Positions 30,828 through 41,232 of a stretch of DNA of 64,000 nt are shown piece by piece. The notes under the pieces were generated by a model, which had not been told where the DNA came from, did not search any database, and saw nothing but the letters and a program-made list of their open reading frames with translations. The stretch is from Candidatus Thorarchaeota archaeon. Its GTDB lineage: Archaea > Asgardarchaeota > Thorarchaeia > Thorarchaeales > Thorarchaeaceae. The DNA lies in NCBI GenBank assembly GCA_046758445.1, contig JBHIAE010000002.1, positions 64,001-128,000 of the forward strand, in the 5' to 3' direction. The translations under genes were made by a program, and so were the position numbers. Position 1 is the stretch's first letter, and each line of letters opens with the position of its first letter.

Positions 30828-31403
30828 ATGTGTGATGAAGGATTTGGAATGAATAGGCGGAACCCACATGGCCATAGGTCGCGTGGACATTGGATGAGAA
30901 GAATGGCATCAGCGCCGAAGGGACTTCTGCGCCACTATGTATTGAATCTCTTGAAAGAGAAACCGATGTCGGGTGCTGAGTTGATTAGAGAGATTGCCGC
31001 AAAGACTGACAACCGCTGGAAGCCGAGCCCTGGTTCGGTGTATCCGCTGCTATCATGGCTTCTGGACTCCGGGTACACAGAGGAGATACCCGATCAAGAA
31101 GCTGGCGTCAAGCGGTATGCACTGACAGAAGAGGGCGAGAAGTTTCTGAAGGAACACGAAGAGCGAAGGAAAGACTTCCCAGGAGGTTTCCCTTTCCCTG
31201 GCCTGCCCTTTCCATGGTTCGGCTCATTCCCTGAGGGGGCCCGTGACGTCTTCGAGAGCTTTAGGAAGCTTCAACGTGCAGGCTGGACTCTCTTTGAGCG
31301 TCTGAGAGAAGACATGTCTGAGGACCTTCTCAAAGACGTGAAAAAGCTGATTGATGAAACCACAACCAGGCTCCAGATCATCCTTGACAAGAAGAGCACC
31401 TAG
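30828..31403 (+). CDS. PadR family regulator
   Basis: KGLLRHYVL, WKPSPGSVYPLL, KRYALTEEG. Confidence 0.92.
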   Translation: MCDEGFGMNRRNPHGHRSRGHWMRRMASAPKGLLRHYVLNLLKEKPMSGAELIREIAAKTDNRWKPSPGSVYPLLSWLLDSGYTEEIPDQEAGVKRYALTEEGEKFLKEHEERRKDFPGGFPFPGLPFPWFGSFPEGARDVFESFRKLQRAGWTLFERLREDMSEDLLKDVKKLIDETTTRLQIILDKKST

Positions 31404-31426
31404 CCCTCGCTTAGCTGGAGCATTCG

Positions 31427-31450
31427 GAGGGGGCTTCAGGCCTCCTCTTC
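31427..31450 (+). terminator. hairpin after padR
   Basis: GAGGGGGC-ttcag-GCCTCCTC followed by TTC. Confidence 0.5.
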
Positions 31451-31506
31451 TACGGAAGGCTTTTTACAACCTACAACGGTGCATACCATATCTCTACCCG
31501 AGGTGA

Positions 31507-31737
31507 ATGGGGATGGTATCAGTCGTAATCCTGATCAAAGCCGAAGCCGGAACAATCTGGGACGCGTGCAAATCCATCGAGGAGATTGACGGTATAACCA
31601 GAGTCGACGTCGTGACTGGCCCCTATGATGTGATTGCCTATGCTGAACTCCCTTCAGTAGAAGACCTGCGAAGGTTGATGAAGACAGTACATGAAGTGGA
31701 AGGCATCAACCGTACGGAAACTTGTGTTTCTATCTGA
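31507..31737 (+). CDS. stand-alone Lrp/AsnC ligand-binding (RAM) domain protein
   Basis: VVTGPYDVIA, EGINRTETC. Confidence 0.88.
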   Translation: MGMVSVVILIKAEAGTIWDACKSIEEIDGITRVDVVTGPYDVIAYAELPSVEDLRRLMKTVHEVEGINRTETCVSI

Positions 31738-31866
31738 GTTCCTTCATATCTACGTCGCTAGTGCATCTAGCGAATCCACTGCACACAACAATCGAATACA
31801 GTGAGTATGCTCGCTAGTAGGGCTCTGAACTACCAGTTCTGAAATGCCGTTCAGCAAAGATGTTAA

Positions 31867-32802
31867 GTGCAGGTCCATTGTGCGAAACAGTGGACCAGTG
31901 TAAAGGGTGATTGTGTGGAAACAAACGAGAGCCAGGCAAAAGATGTCAGTAACATGAACGGAAAGGTCTGCATAGTAACTGGCAGCAACTCTGGAATCGG
32001 TAAGGAAACCGCCCTCGCATTGGCAGAGTTGGATGCAACTGTAGTCATGGTCGTTCGCAATGCGGAACGTGGAGAGGCGGCCCGGTCTGAGATTGTTGAT
32101 GAGACTGGTAACAATCGGATTGATCTGATGCTGTGCGACCTATCCTCTATCGACTCAATACGTCAATTTGCCAAAGAATTCACAGCAAAGTATGACCGAC
32201 TAGACGTTCTCATCAACAATGCCGGCGCTGCCTATCACAAACGTCAGGTAACAGTTGATGGATTTGAGCAGACATTTGCTGTGAACTACATCGGACCATT
32301 CCTTCTGACCTATGAGCTTCTTCCAGTGCTGAAGGTGAGTGTACCGTCCAGAGTGATTAATCTCACATCAGGCATGCATTTCAGGGCGAAAGTAGACTTT
32401 GATAACTTGCAAAGGGAGAGAAGGTATCGGGGTATGAGTGCATACGGTGACGCAAAGCTAATGGTTGCAATGCACACCTATGAATTGGCCCGCCGTCTCG
32501 AGGGCACAGGAGTTTCAGTGAACGTAGTCCATCCCGGCTTTGTGGCCACAAACATGGGCAGCAGCATGGGAGGCCTATGGAACAAGATCATGTTCAAGAT
32601 GGTCCGACCACTCCAAATCAGCCCGAAAGAGGGGGCTGAAACGTCGGTCTATGTTGCTTCTTCTCCAGAGTTGGAGGGTGTGACTGGGAAGTACTTTGCA
32701 AGGAAGCAGGAGCAGCGGTCCTCGGAAGCCTCGTATGATGAGGAGGCGCAGAAGCGTCTATGGCACGTAACTGAGCAACTGCTTGGACTCACATGGACCT
32801 AA
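31867..32802 (+). CDS. SDR oxidoreductase (retinol-dehydrogenase-like); true start probably 31915 or 31954
   Basis: TGSNSGIG, LINNAG, YGDAK, HPGFVAT. Confidence 0.92.
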   Translation: MQVHCAKQWTSVKGDCVETNESQAKDVSNMNGKVCIVTGSNSGIGKETALALAELDATVVMVVRNAERGEAARSEIVDETGNNRIDLMLCDLSSIDSIRQFAKEFTAKYDRLDVLINNAGAAYHKRQVTVDGFEQTFAVNYIGPFLLTYELLPVLKVSVPSRVINLTSGMHFRAKVDFDNLQRERRYRGMSAYGDAKLMVAMHTYELARRLEGTGVSVNVVHPGFVATNMGSSMGGLWNKIMFKMVRPLQISPKEGAETSVYVASSPELEGVTGKYFARKQEQRSSEASYDEEAQKRLWHVTEQLLGLTWT

Positions 32803-32907
32803 TTTGACTGTGACCGCGTAGCGGTCCATATGAAATGAGCTCATATACCTTAGACGTTCTGAGTCCAATCGAGGCGTGTTTCCGACTGAACTTCACTTGG
32901 TGCCAGC

Positions 32908-33501
32908 ATGACTGACGGTAGCGATCTCCGAGAAGAAGCCGAGCGAATAGTCGAAACACTAGACATTCTAGATCTTCTCAACGCATACGGTCATGCTCGT
33001 GTTGTTGGGAGTGTAGCCCTCGACTTGATAGTCAAAAGGAACATCGATATCCATGCGTTAATCCTGCTTGGAGATCTGATGGAAACAACACAACATCTCA
33101 TTGCAGTGCTATTGCGCATGGAAGGAATCAAAGAGATCCGAGTGACGGATTTCCGCGAGCAGGACTCCATCAAGCTGGGGATTGATGAGTATCAGGGAGA
33201 ATCGGGACCATGGAGCATTGATCTCTGGCTCACTACAAATGTGAGCACAACTGGGTTTGCCCTTGTGGAGGCCCTGGAGGGAGAGCTGGACGAAGCCCAA
33301 CGGGCCGCTATCCTCAACATCAAGAGGCACTATCATATCCGCGGTCTTCTCCAGAACGGCATAAGCAATCTGATCTATAGGGCAGTTGCAGAGGGCGGAG
33401 TTGAGGACTTGGCTGAGTTTGAACAATGGCTGTCCAAGACTCGAATAAGGAGGCTGGACAAAGACAACCTCCAATGGCTAGATGACCAAAGAGCTACCTA
33501 G
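32908..33501 (+). CDS. hypothetical protein, nucleotidyltransferase-like fold
   Basis: VVGS..LDL...NIDI and WSIDLW resemble the GS-DxD-D layout, but the first Asp is Asn. Confidence 0.5.
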   Translation: MTDGSDLREEAERIVETLDILDLLNAYGHARVVGSVALDLIVKRNIDIHALILLGDLMETTQHLIAVLLRMEGIKEIRVTDFREQDSIKLGIDEYQGESGPWSIDLWLTTNVSTTGFALVEALEGELDEAQRAAILNIKRHYHIRGLLQNGISNLIYRAVAEGGVEDLAEFEQWLSKTRIRRLDKDNLQWLDDQRAT

Positions 33502-33597
33502 CGCAGTCCGGCCAAGTGTCATGTATCTCCTTTTGTTCCATCCGAACTACAATGAGCACAAGGCATATCATGAACATGCTAGCCGTCACTAACACAG

Positions 33598-34227
33598 ATG
33601 CCAGAATGGGACGACATCTTCGCGGAGAGGGGCAGGTACTTCACTGAGCCCCATGCAGATATAGAACGTGTTGTGAGAGTCTTTCGAGACCACGATGTAG
33701 AACGGGTTCTAGACTTGGGCTGCGGAACAGGCCGTCATCTTGTCTACTTGGCCAAATCGAACTTCGAGGTTCACGGCTTTGACATTTCCCCGAAGGCGCT
33801 GTCTCTGGCACATGAATGGCTAGAAGAGGAGTGTTTGACGGCCCATCTCCTAAGACATAGAATGGAAGACCCGTTCCCCTTTGAGGATGATTTCTTTGAC
33901 GCAGTGATATCAACTCAGGTCATCCACCACAATAGAATGGATGGCATTCTGTTCACTGTGAGTGAGATCGAACGGGTCTTGAGACATGACGGAGTACTCT
34001 TCGTGACATTTCCGAAACTCTCACAGGTTCCAGATAACGGAAGTATGGACTGGAAGCTGGAGCCGATAGAGCCTGGCACGTACATCCCCAGAAGCGGACC
34101 TGAGGCAGGGATCCCACATCACTACTTCACTGTGGAAGAGGCCCATGAGGTCTTTCAAGGTTTCAAGATTCTCGACTTGTACGTGGGCCACACAGGCCAC
34201 AGATGTCTGCTCGGTGTGAAGAGATAA
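33598..34227 (+). CDS. class I SAM-dependent methyltransferase
   Basis: VLDLGCGTGRH, FDAVIS...HH. Confidence 0.9.
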   Translation: MPEWDDIFAERGRYFTEPHADIERVVRVFRDHDVERVLDLGCGTGRHLVYLAKSNFEVHGFDISPKALSLAHEWLEEECLTAHLLRHRMEDPFPFEDDFFDAVISTQVIHHNRMDGILFTVSEIERVLRHDGVLFVTFPKLSQVPDNGSMDWKLEPIEPGTYIPRSGPEAGIPHHYFTVEEAHEVFQGFKILDLYVGHTGHRCLLGVKR

Positions 34228-34235
34228 CTCTGCAA

Positions 34236-35444
34236 TCACTCTAGTCCAAAGAATGGGAAGATGAGTTCTTTGACCTGCTCTATGGTTTCATCCACAGCTC
34301 TCTTGACCTTGGCCTCATGTTCAGCATACATTCTCGTCGGCCGGTCTGTCCAGCCTCCCCGTTTCAGTTCCAGACCGTACTTGTGACATAGCTCTATCCA
34401 GGCTGCGGGTACAAGTGGGGGTAACGCAATGTCTGCAAGGTCTGCCAGAAGTACAGTCCATACTCTTGCTGCAGCCACAGGATTGTATCCTCCACCTCCG
34501 ACCACAACCAGTTTCCTGTTCCCGAGATGAACAAGCTGACGGATTGTCTTTGACAATCGATGGTATGTGTCCAGATTGAGAAGGAGATCTGCAAGGGGGT
34601 CATCCATGTGGGCGTCCGCTCCGGCATTCCAGAAGACTAGGTCCGGCTTGTAGGCAAGCCAAATTGGCACTACTAGCTCCTCGAAGGCCTTCCAGTATTC
34701 AAAGTCATCTGCTAGTGGTGGCAATGGAATGTTGACAGAGTAACCCTTGCCTTCCCCTGTTCCTATCTCCTCCGGACGGCCTGTTCCGGGGAAGAATCCC
34801 ATGCTCAGCTCGTGAGTGGATATTGTAAGGACATTCGGGTCGTCATAGAAGGCTTGTTGAGTCGCATCACCATGGTGGACGTCTGTGTCTAAGTAGAGTA
34901 CTTTCTTCCTGGGATACTTCAATTTGAACTTCTTTATCGCAATGACTGTGTCGTTGTAGTAGCAGAACCCGCCTGCATTGGACGAATATGCATGATGAAA
35001 CCCACCAAACAATGACATTGCATCTTCGAACTTGCCATCTGCGACGCCCATCACCGCGTCAATGCTTGCACCTACCGGGAAGCTAGCATACTTGTCTACC
35101 TGATAGAACACCGGACACTCATCTGTATCAAGTCCGAAACGCGAAGAGAATGCTGTCCCCATATTACCAAACAGCTCAAGGGTCTCTATGTATGATGGAT
35201 CATGATAGTATGCTAGTTCTTCTCGGGTTGCCAATCTCATCTGCTGGATGTTGATTCGCTCGCTCTCGAGAAGTCCTGACATCACAGGGAGACTCCATGT
35301 GATGTCTAGACGCGGCCTGTTCCAGAACGGGTTTGGCTCGACTCGCATTGCGTCCAGCTCGTCAATGCCCTCCAACTTGAGCAGTTCATCTGGGCTGAAC
35401 ACAGCGGTCTGGTGCGACAAGCCTTTTCCTCCAAGTAATGGCAA
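34236..35444 (-). CDS. AcuC-like / HDAC-family deacetylase
   Basis: GGFHHA, GGFCYYND, DTDVHHGD, FFPGTG, GADAH..DPL, GGGGY. Confidence 0.92.
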   Translation of the reverse strand: MPLLGGKGLSHQTAVFSPDELLKLEGIDELDAMRVEPNPFWNRPRLDITWSLPVMSGLLESERINIQQMRLATREELAYYHDPSYIETLELFGNMGTAFSSRFGLDTDECPVFYQVDKYASFPVGASIDAVMGVADGKFEDAMSLFGGFHHAYSSNAGGFCYYNDTVIAIKKFKLKYPRKKVLYLDTDVHHGDATQQAFYDDPNVLTISTHELSMGFFPGTGRPEEIGTGEGKGYSVNIPLPPLADDFEYWKAFEELVVPIWLAYKPDLVFWNAGADAHMDDPLADLLLNLDTYHRLSKTIRQLVHLGNRKLVVVGGGGYNPVAAARVWTVLLADLADIALPPLVPAAWIELCHKYGLELKRGGWTDRPTRMYAEHEAKVKRAVDETIEQVKELIFPFFGLE

Positions 35445-35651
35445 GTGATGGAGCTGAGTATGAAGTTGATATTACTTCTGGTAGAGTGTTCTAGTTCTGA
35501 GGAACTTTTGTTCTTGGGTTTCTTGAACGCCTAACCTCCTCAAGCATATCTTTCTTAGAAGGCAGCTTGGAACTCGTACAGGAACGGACATACCGATTCT
35601 GTGCTCGTGCTTCGAAACCCTCATTATCCGTTGTAAGGTCTTTCCATTACC

Positions 35652-36680
35652 ATGTCCAAGTTCAATCTCCTGAAACAGACCATTCTTGGAAACCTCGAAG
35701 ATAGAATCCCAATATCGATTTGGAAACACCATCCAGAAAGAGACCGAACTCCAGAGGGGCTGGCCGCTGAGGAGATTGCATTCCATCGTAAGTACGATCA
35801 CGACCTCCTGAAGATATCATTCCACGGTCGGTACCCCGTAGTCGACTGGGGATGCAAAGCAGTCTATGATGGTTCAATTTCTGGGTCCACGACTTGTGAG
35901 AGCTGCGTTGTCCAGAAGTCTAGCGATTGGGAAGTGCTGGAACCCATTGATGTTAATGACGGCGATTTTGGAAGACAACTTCAGGCTGTTGAGCTCATTC
36001 GAAGCTACGCTCAAGACAGGGTTCCGACTATGTCTACGGTATTCGATTCATCGATGGTGGCGGACAAGCTCAGCGACAGACCACTGACAGAGTACATGGA
36101 AGAGAGTCCTGAAGTACTAGAAACAGTCCTTGAGATGATAACTAACGTGATGATTGACTTTGCCAGAGCCACGTTCGATGCAGGTGCTGACGGAGTCTTT
36201 GTAGCGACACAGCATGCAACACATTCAGCCGTCACAGATGAACAGTATGAAAGGTTTGTGCATCCATTCGATGCCAAGCTCATCTCTAAGATACGTGGGA
36301 GGGCCAAATTCATAGTAATGCACCTACATGCCAAGGAGGAGGATGAGAAGATTCGTTTTGACAAGATTGCCCGTGACCCCGGCATAGATGCATTGAATTG
36401 GGAAGATCAGAGTGCAGACCTCACTCTGGCAGAGGGTAAGAGATTCTCTCGGAAGACAGTTTTGGGTGGCATAGATCACAACGGCGTACTGAGAACCGGC
36501 ACTGCCGATGACGTGAAGGAGCAGGTCTTGCAGGCTGCACGTGAGGCAGGTCTCAAGAACTTGATAATGGCCCCTGGCTGTGTGATCACCACGGACACTC
36601 CGGAGGAGAACCTGAATGCCGTTGTCGAAGCGATCAGGTCGATTGTACCTTGGGCTGCCGAGTGGGAGGCATTCTCTTGA
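35652..36680 (+). CDS. uroporphyrinogen decarboxylase / MtaA-like TIM-barrel protein
   Basis: WKHHP, AGADG, MHLH, GGID, APGC. Confidence 0.8.
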   Translation: MSKFNLLKQTILGNLEDRIPISIWKHHPERDRTPEGLAAEEIAFHRKYDHDLLKISFHGRYPVVDWGCKAVYDGSISGSTTCESCVVQKSSDWEVLEPIDVNDGDFGRQLQAVELIRSYAQDRVPTMSTVFDSSMVADKLSDRPLTEYMEESPEVLETVLEMITNVMIDFARATFDAGADGVFVATQHATHSAVTDEQYERFVHPFDAKLISKIRGRAKFIVMHLHAKEEDEKIRFDKIARDPGIDALNWEDQSADLTLAEGKRFSRKTVLGGIDHNGVLRTGTADDVKEQVLQAAREAGLKNLIMAPGCVITTDTPEENLNAVVEAIRSIVPWAAEWEAFS

Positions 36681-38392
36681 CTAAGAACAAAGAGGTGGCA
36701 AAGGCCCTTCGAGAGATATCTCTACTCCTACAGGTTGAGGGGAAGGACAAGTTCAAGCATCTCTCCTATGCCAGAGCTGCCAGGGCCGTCACTGGTCTGG
36801 GGGAGGACATTGAGGCGATTCGTGGGAGAAACGAGTTGACAGAGATCCCAGGCATAGGAACGGCAATCGCCAAGAAGATTGAATCGTACCTAGATACCGG
36901 CACGATTAGACTCCTGGACGAGTTGAGAGAGCGGATTCCCGTGAGAGTTTGGGATCTGGAAGCAATTCCTGATGTAGGCCCGAAGACGATCAAGTTGCTG
37001 TATCAGGAACTCGGAGTTACTGACCTCGATTCACTAGAAGCGGCAATTCGGGATGGCAAGCTCGAGGGACTCAAGGGCATGGGAAAGAAGACGATAGAGA
37101 ACATCACGCAAGGAATCAGTATTGCTCGGTCTGGTCTGACTCGGACACTATTGGCCGATGCACTGATTGTCGCAGAAGATGTTGTGACGTATCTGAAACA
37201 GCTTCCCGAGGTCAAGCAGGTCACAATCGCTGGATCATTGCGTAGAAGAAGGGAAACCATTGGGGACATTGACATTCTCGCTGACGCCAGCGATGAGGAA
37301 ACTGTCATGGATGCATTTACCACAGCACCCGGAGTTGCTGACATCTTAGCAAGAGGTCCAACGAAGTCCTCAGTCCGAATGAGTAACGGCCTTCAAATTG
37401 ATCTAAGAATTGTACCCACGAAGAGTTTTGGTGCTGGACTCCAATACTTCACAGGCAGCATAGATCACAACGTCAAGCTTCGGTCAATAGGTGTGAAGAA
37501 GGGCCTGAAACTGAACGAATATGGGCTCTTCAAAGGGCAGAAACAGATAGCGGGGAATGATGAAGAGGGAATCTACAAGGCTCTGGGTCTTGACCTCATT
37601 CCTCCTGAGCTCAGAGAAGACATGGGAGAGATTGAGGCTGCACAGAAAGGCAAGCTACCAGACTTGCTTGAACTGGAAGACATTCGCGGTGACCTGCACA
37701 CGCATACCGATCAGTCAGATGGCAAGAACACAATTGACGAGATGCTTGCTACCGCAGCCGCCATGGGATACGAATACTACTGCATCTCAGACCACACAAA
37801 GAGCCTGACTATTGCCAATGGGATGGACGAGGCCAGAGTCCTGAAACGAATTGCAGAGATTGATGACATCAACGCTTCTGGGAAATGGCGGATGCATGTG
37901 CTGAAGGGTGCTGAGGTAGACATTCTTGCCAACGGAGAGTTGGATCTAGAAGACTCTGTGCTTGATCAGCTCGACGTGATAACCCTTTCAATTCACTTCA
38001 GAATGAAAGACAGCAAGGAGAAGATGACTGAACGCGTCTGCCATGCTTTGGAGAGCAAGTATGCACACATCCTTGGTCACCCCACTGGACGCTTGCTCCT
38101 CAAGAGGCCAGAGTTCGAGATTGACCTTGAGAAGGTGTTTGAATCCGCCAAAAACAACAATGTCATCATGGAACTGAACAGCCATCCTGAGAGGCTCGAC
38201 CTGAATGTTGGCAACCTGAGAGCTGCGAAGAGAATGGGACTCAAGATTGCCATAAACACGGATGCCCATCGAACCGCCGAGCTTGATTTCATGAAGTATG
38301 GAGTCTTCCAAGCCCGCCGGGGATGGCTCACCAGGGAGGATGTCGTGAACACTCTCACGCTCAATAATCTTCTGAAGCAAATTCGAGAATAG
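36677..38392 (+). CDS. polX: DNA polymerase X with PHP exonuclease domain
   Basis: HhH motifs, AGSLRR, GDIDIL, IDLR, YFTGS; PHP HTHT..SDG, DH, HPTGR, DAH; TTG start after GGAGG. Confidence 0.95.
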   Translation: MTKNKEVAKALREISLLLQVEGKDKFKHLSYARAARAVTGLGEDIEAIRGRNELTEIPGIGTAIAKKIESYLDTGTIRLLDELRERIPVRVWDLEAIPDVGPKTIKLLYQELGVTDLDSLEAAIRDGKLEGLKGMGKKTIENITQGISIARSGLTRTLLADALIVAEDVVTYLKQLPEVKQVTIAGSLRRRRETIGDIDILADASDEETVMDAFTTAPGVADILARGPTKSSVRMSNGLQIDLRIVPTKSFGAGLQYFTGSIDHNVKLRSIGVKKGLKLNEYGLFKGQKQIAGNDEEGIYKALGLDLIPPELREDMGEIEAAQKGKLPDLLELEDIRGDLHTHTDQSDGKNTIDEMLATAAAMGYEYYCISDHTKSLTIANGMDEARVLKRIAEIDDINASGKWRMHVLKGAEVDILANGELDLEDSVLDQLDVITLSIHFRMKDSKEKMTERVCHALESKYAHILGHPTGRLLLKRPEFEIDLEKVFESAKNNNVIMELNSHPERLDLNVGNLRAAKRMGLKIAINTDAHRTAELDFMKYGVFQARRGWLTREDVVNTLTLNNLLKQIRE

Positions 38393-38563
38393 CGACGTAA
38401 TCGGTTCAAATCGCTCGAATCTTCACCGTTCCTTCGCTGTTCTCGAGAAGAGTGTCCTCCTCAAGACGACTTTCATAGTCACAAATTGTGACTCTAATAA
38501 GTGACCCTCTGTCGTGGCTCCGCATTATATACCCCTTGTGCGCGTTGTTCCTTGTGAAACATC

Positions 38564-38677
38564 ATGGCACAGGAAAAAAATACCCGATTGCTGAAGACAA
38601 CTGAAACAGGTTGGAATCAGGCAAAGATGGACATGGAGCTTCTCAAGCTCTACGCTTACACATACTTCAGGAGGTAG
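38564..38677 (+). CDS. putative 37-aa microprotein MAQEKNTRLLKTTETGWNQAKMDMELLKLYAYTYFRR
   Basis: TTATATA box at about 38525, ATG-TAG ORF, hairpin AGGAGGTAG/CTACCTCCT over the stop codon. Confidence 0.6.
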   Translation: MAQEKNTRLLKTTETGWNQAKMDMELLKLYAYTYFRR

Positions 38678-38908
38678 GGTCCTCTACCTCCTCATGCCAT
38701 TTGGGCATCTGATTCTATGACTCTCTCAGACCAATGCTCAACGGCCACGCAAAGTCAGTACGCGCATTTGACGCCGTGTGAACATCTCGATTTTCCCCTT
38801 CAGACGCTATCCGATACAGCTCTGATTCAACTAGAGCATAGTAAAAAAGAATGAGTGCCCCGTTCGATCCAGGACCGAAAGGGGCTCACATTTGTGTCTA
38901 TGACACTA

Positions 38909-39481
38909 TTAGCTTGGATATGGCTTCATGTAGTTGGGCATGAATTCATAATCTACGCCAGGGGTCACGTAGTGTCCGAGATCCGGACGTGGACCTCCAT
39001 CGAAGTTGAAGAATCCTACTGCAAAGTGCTTCAGCCAAACAATCTTGGTTGGATGCAGGGCACCGTCGCTCACCCTGACAAGCTCATGATAGTGCACATA
39101 GCCTCGGCTTGAATACCGCTCAGCTTTCGCTGGACTCCATGTGTCAATGATGCCGAATACGATGAACAGAAGCCTGCCATCACCAGCATCAGATGACCAC
39201 CAGCTGGGCGCACCGAATGGGCCTGTGTTGTAGTGCTTCCCAATCAGGAATCTATGTCCAGCAAGCACCCAGTCGTGACCCGGCACGTCTATTGCTCCTC
39301 CCGGTCCATCTGGGGCTCCGGCCAAGAAGTAGTCCTCGCCGTCAACGGGAATCACGATCCCGTGTACGAATCCTCTGTTTCGTCCGCTGCTCGATGTAGG
39401 TACTGTGGCTGCGGCTACCATTGGCACCAACAGTGCCACAACTGTCAGCACCACGAAGACTATGCTTGTTTTTCTCATCAT
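38909..39481 (-). CDS. secreted His/Gly-rich hypothetical protein, possibly metal-binding
   Basis: Signal peptide MMRK...VAA after GGAGG; motifs HG, PGH, KHY, HYH, KH. Confidence 0.7.
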   Translation of the reverse strand: MMRKTSIVFVVLTVVALLVPMVAAATVPTSSSGRNRGFVHGIVIPVDGEDYFLAGAPDGPGGAIDVPGHDWVLAGHRFLIGKHYNTGPFGAPSWWSSDAGDGRLLFIVFGIIDTWSPAKAERYSSRGYVHYHELVRVSDGALHPTKIVWLKHFAVGFFNFDGGPRPDLGHYVTPGVDYEFMPNYMKPYPS

Positions 39482-39633
39482 TCTCCCTCCGGAGAAAGAG
39501 GTATTAACAATCGTTAAACTATTAAGTATCTGTAATAACATCTTCCTCGATTCGTTCGAGTTCATCCTGAACCCTTCGGGCTATCTGCCATATCGAATAT
39601 GCTTCGTCATGGCACAAACTGGAGGTCATACCT

Positions 39634-40305
39634 ATGCTGAGAACACACCAAATCGCAACGGTCGGCGAAGACTCTGAAACCGTCTTAGTGGGGCTTAGAA
39701 ACATACCGGCACACAGGTTGGACTTGATCTGTCTACCTCAAAACAGGGAATCGGTGGATCGTTTTGCTCTAAATCTAGAAAGAACTCTAAAGATCGATGT
39801 TGATGTTCACACAATCAAAGGTAGCATTGTGGAAGGTGTTCTCGAGAAGGTCGCGAGCCTTCTGAAGGAGTACGCCAATGAGTTTGACGACGTGGTCCTT
39901 AACGTTGCGGGTGGTGATAAGACTTTGACTTGCGCCGCAGTTTCGGCTGCGTTCTTCAATGGCGTAAAGGCCTTCCACCTAATGAATGAGAATCCCGTTC
40001 TCCTTCCCATTCTGAAAGTGAACTACAACACGGTCATCTCTAGAGCCAAGGTGAAGATACTTCAAGCCCTGCACAGTGCAGGAGGTGTAACTAAGAGCCT
40101 CGGAGAGCTCAGCGATCTTTCAGGATACGGAAAGCCACTTCTCAGCTACCACGTCTGGGGAGATAATGAGTCTAGGGGACTGGTTGAGCTCGGACTGGTT
40201 GAAGCGGTACGCAAGCAAAGAGGGCGCCTTCGAGTCACATTGACAACTCTAGGGAAAGCAATGATTCTAGGACAATCTGATAGTGGTGAAGAGAATCAGA
40301 TGTAG
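39634..40305 (+). CDS. CARF-like + wHTH regulator (DUF6293/HFX_2341, Csa3-like)
   Basis: Rossmann-like N-terminus with NVAGGDK, C-terminal wHTH (LSYH...GLVELGLV...LTTLG). Confidence 0.75.
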   Translation: MLRTHQIATVGEDSETVLVGLRNIPAHRLDLICLPQNRESVDRFALNLERTLKIDVDVHTIKGSIVEGVLEKVASLLKEYANEFDDVVLNVAGGDKTLTCAAVSAAFFNGVKAFHLMNENPVLLPILKVNYNTVISRAKVKILQALHSAGGVTKSLGELSDLSGYGKPLLSYHVWGDNESRGLVELGLVEAVRKQRGRLRVTLTTLGKAMILGQSDSGEENQM

Positions 40306-40377
40306 AATGGCGTCGAACTATTGAACCCTATGGGAGTGGACCATGGGTTTCAAGCATCAAATCAATGAAAACCCGGG

Positions 40378-41232
40378 TCAGAGTTCTGGCGGGCCTGCAG
40401 AGATTCGCCTGCGGACGTCGTCTGTCTTCACGGACGAGAGAATGAGTTCTAGCCACCATGTTGCTCCTACTTTCTTGTACTCTGTCACTATCTCCCTCAT
40501 CTTGGCTGGTTTCTGACCCGAAGTCATTCCCATTGCCACAACATCAAACGGAGTCTTAATGGTCCGGCTTTTCTCTATTAACTGGAGAATGTCTTTGAAG
40601 TCGTCCGGTGTCAGTCTTCTTCTGAATCCAGCACTCAACGGAAAGATGCCATCCATGGACGACGCCCTGAGGAAGGGTTTCTTGTTAGGCCACGTCCCCG
40701 CAATCCAGATCGGTATTCGTGGCGACTGGAGAGGCTTCGGAGAGAATCTTGCATTGTCTATCCTATAGTACTGCCCACTGTAACTGAAGGGTTTCCCACT
40801 CCAGAGGCCAACTAAGATTTCAATCCCCTCATCCAGCATCCTGCTCCAAGTCTTGACGTCAGATACCTCACCGAACACATCAAACTCCTCCTCCGGAGGG
40901 TATCCAAGTCCAAGACCCAATGTCAGTCTTCCCTGCGAAAGGTGGTCCAGAGAAACAGTTTCCCTAGCCAACTTCCAGGGTCTTCTACGAGGCAATGGTG
41001 TGACTGTTGTACCTATTCTGATGCGATTAGTCGACACAGCCATAGCCGACAGACCGACCCATGGGTCCACCATTGGCAGCGGTTTGGTCCTGTCTTGTTG
41101 GATGTGGTCCCAAACAAAGAAGCCATCCCACCCAGAGTCCTCAGCGACCTTTGCCAGCTCTCCCAAGGTCCTAGCATATCCGAAGACTTTGCCAAAGTTG
41201 GGAACGTATAGCCCGAAACTCATCTTACTCAT
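40378..41232 (-). CDS. LLM-class flavin-dependent oxidoreductase
   Basis: AEDSGWDGFFVWDH, DPWV, RRPWKLARE; paralogous to 28916-29752. Confidence 0.9.
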   Translation of the reverse strand: MSKMSFGLYVPNFGKVFGYARTLGELAKVAEDSGWDGFFVWDHIQQDRTKPLPMVDPWVGLSAMAVSTNRIRIGTTVTPLPRRRPWKLARETVSLDHLSQGRLTLGLGLGYPPEEEFDVFGEVSDVKTWSRMLDEGIEILVGLWSGKPFSYSGQYYRIDNARFSPKPLQSPRIPIWIAGTWPNKKPFLRASSMDGIFPLSAGFRRRLTPDDFKDILQLIEKSRTIKTPFDVVAMGMTSGQKPAKMREIVTEYKKVGATWWLELILSSVKTDDVRRRISAGPPEL

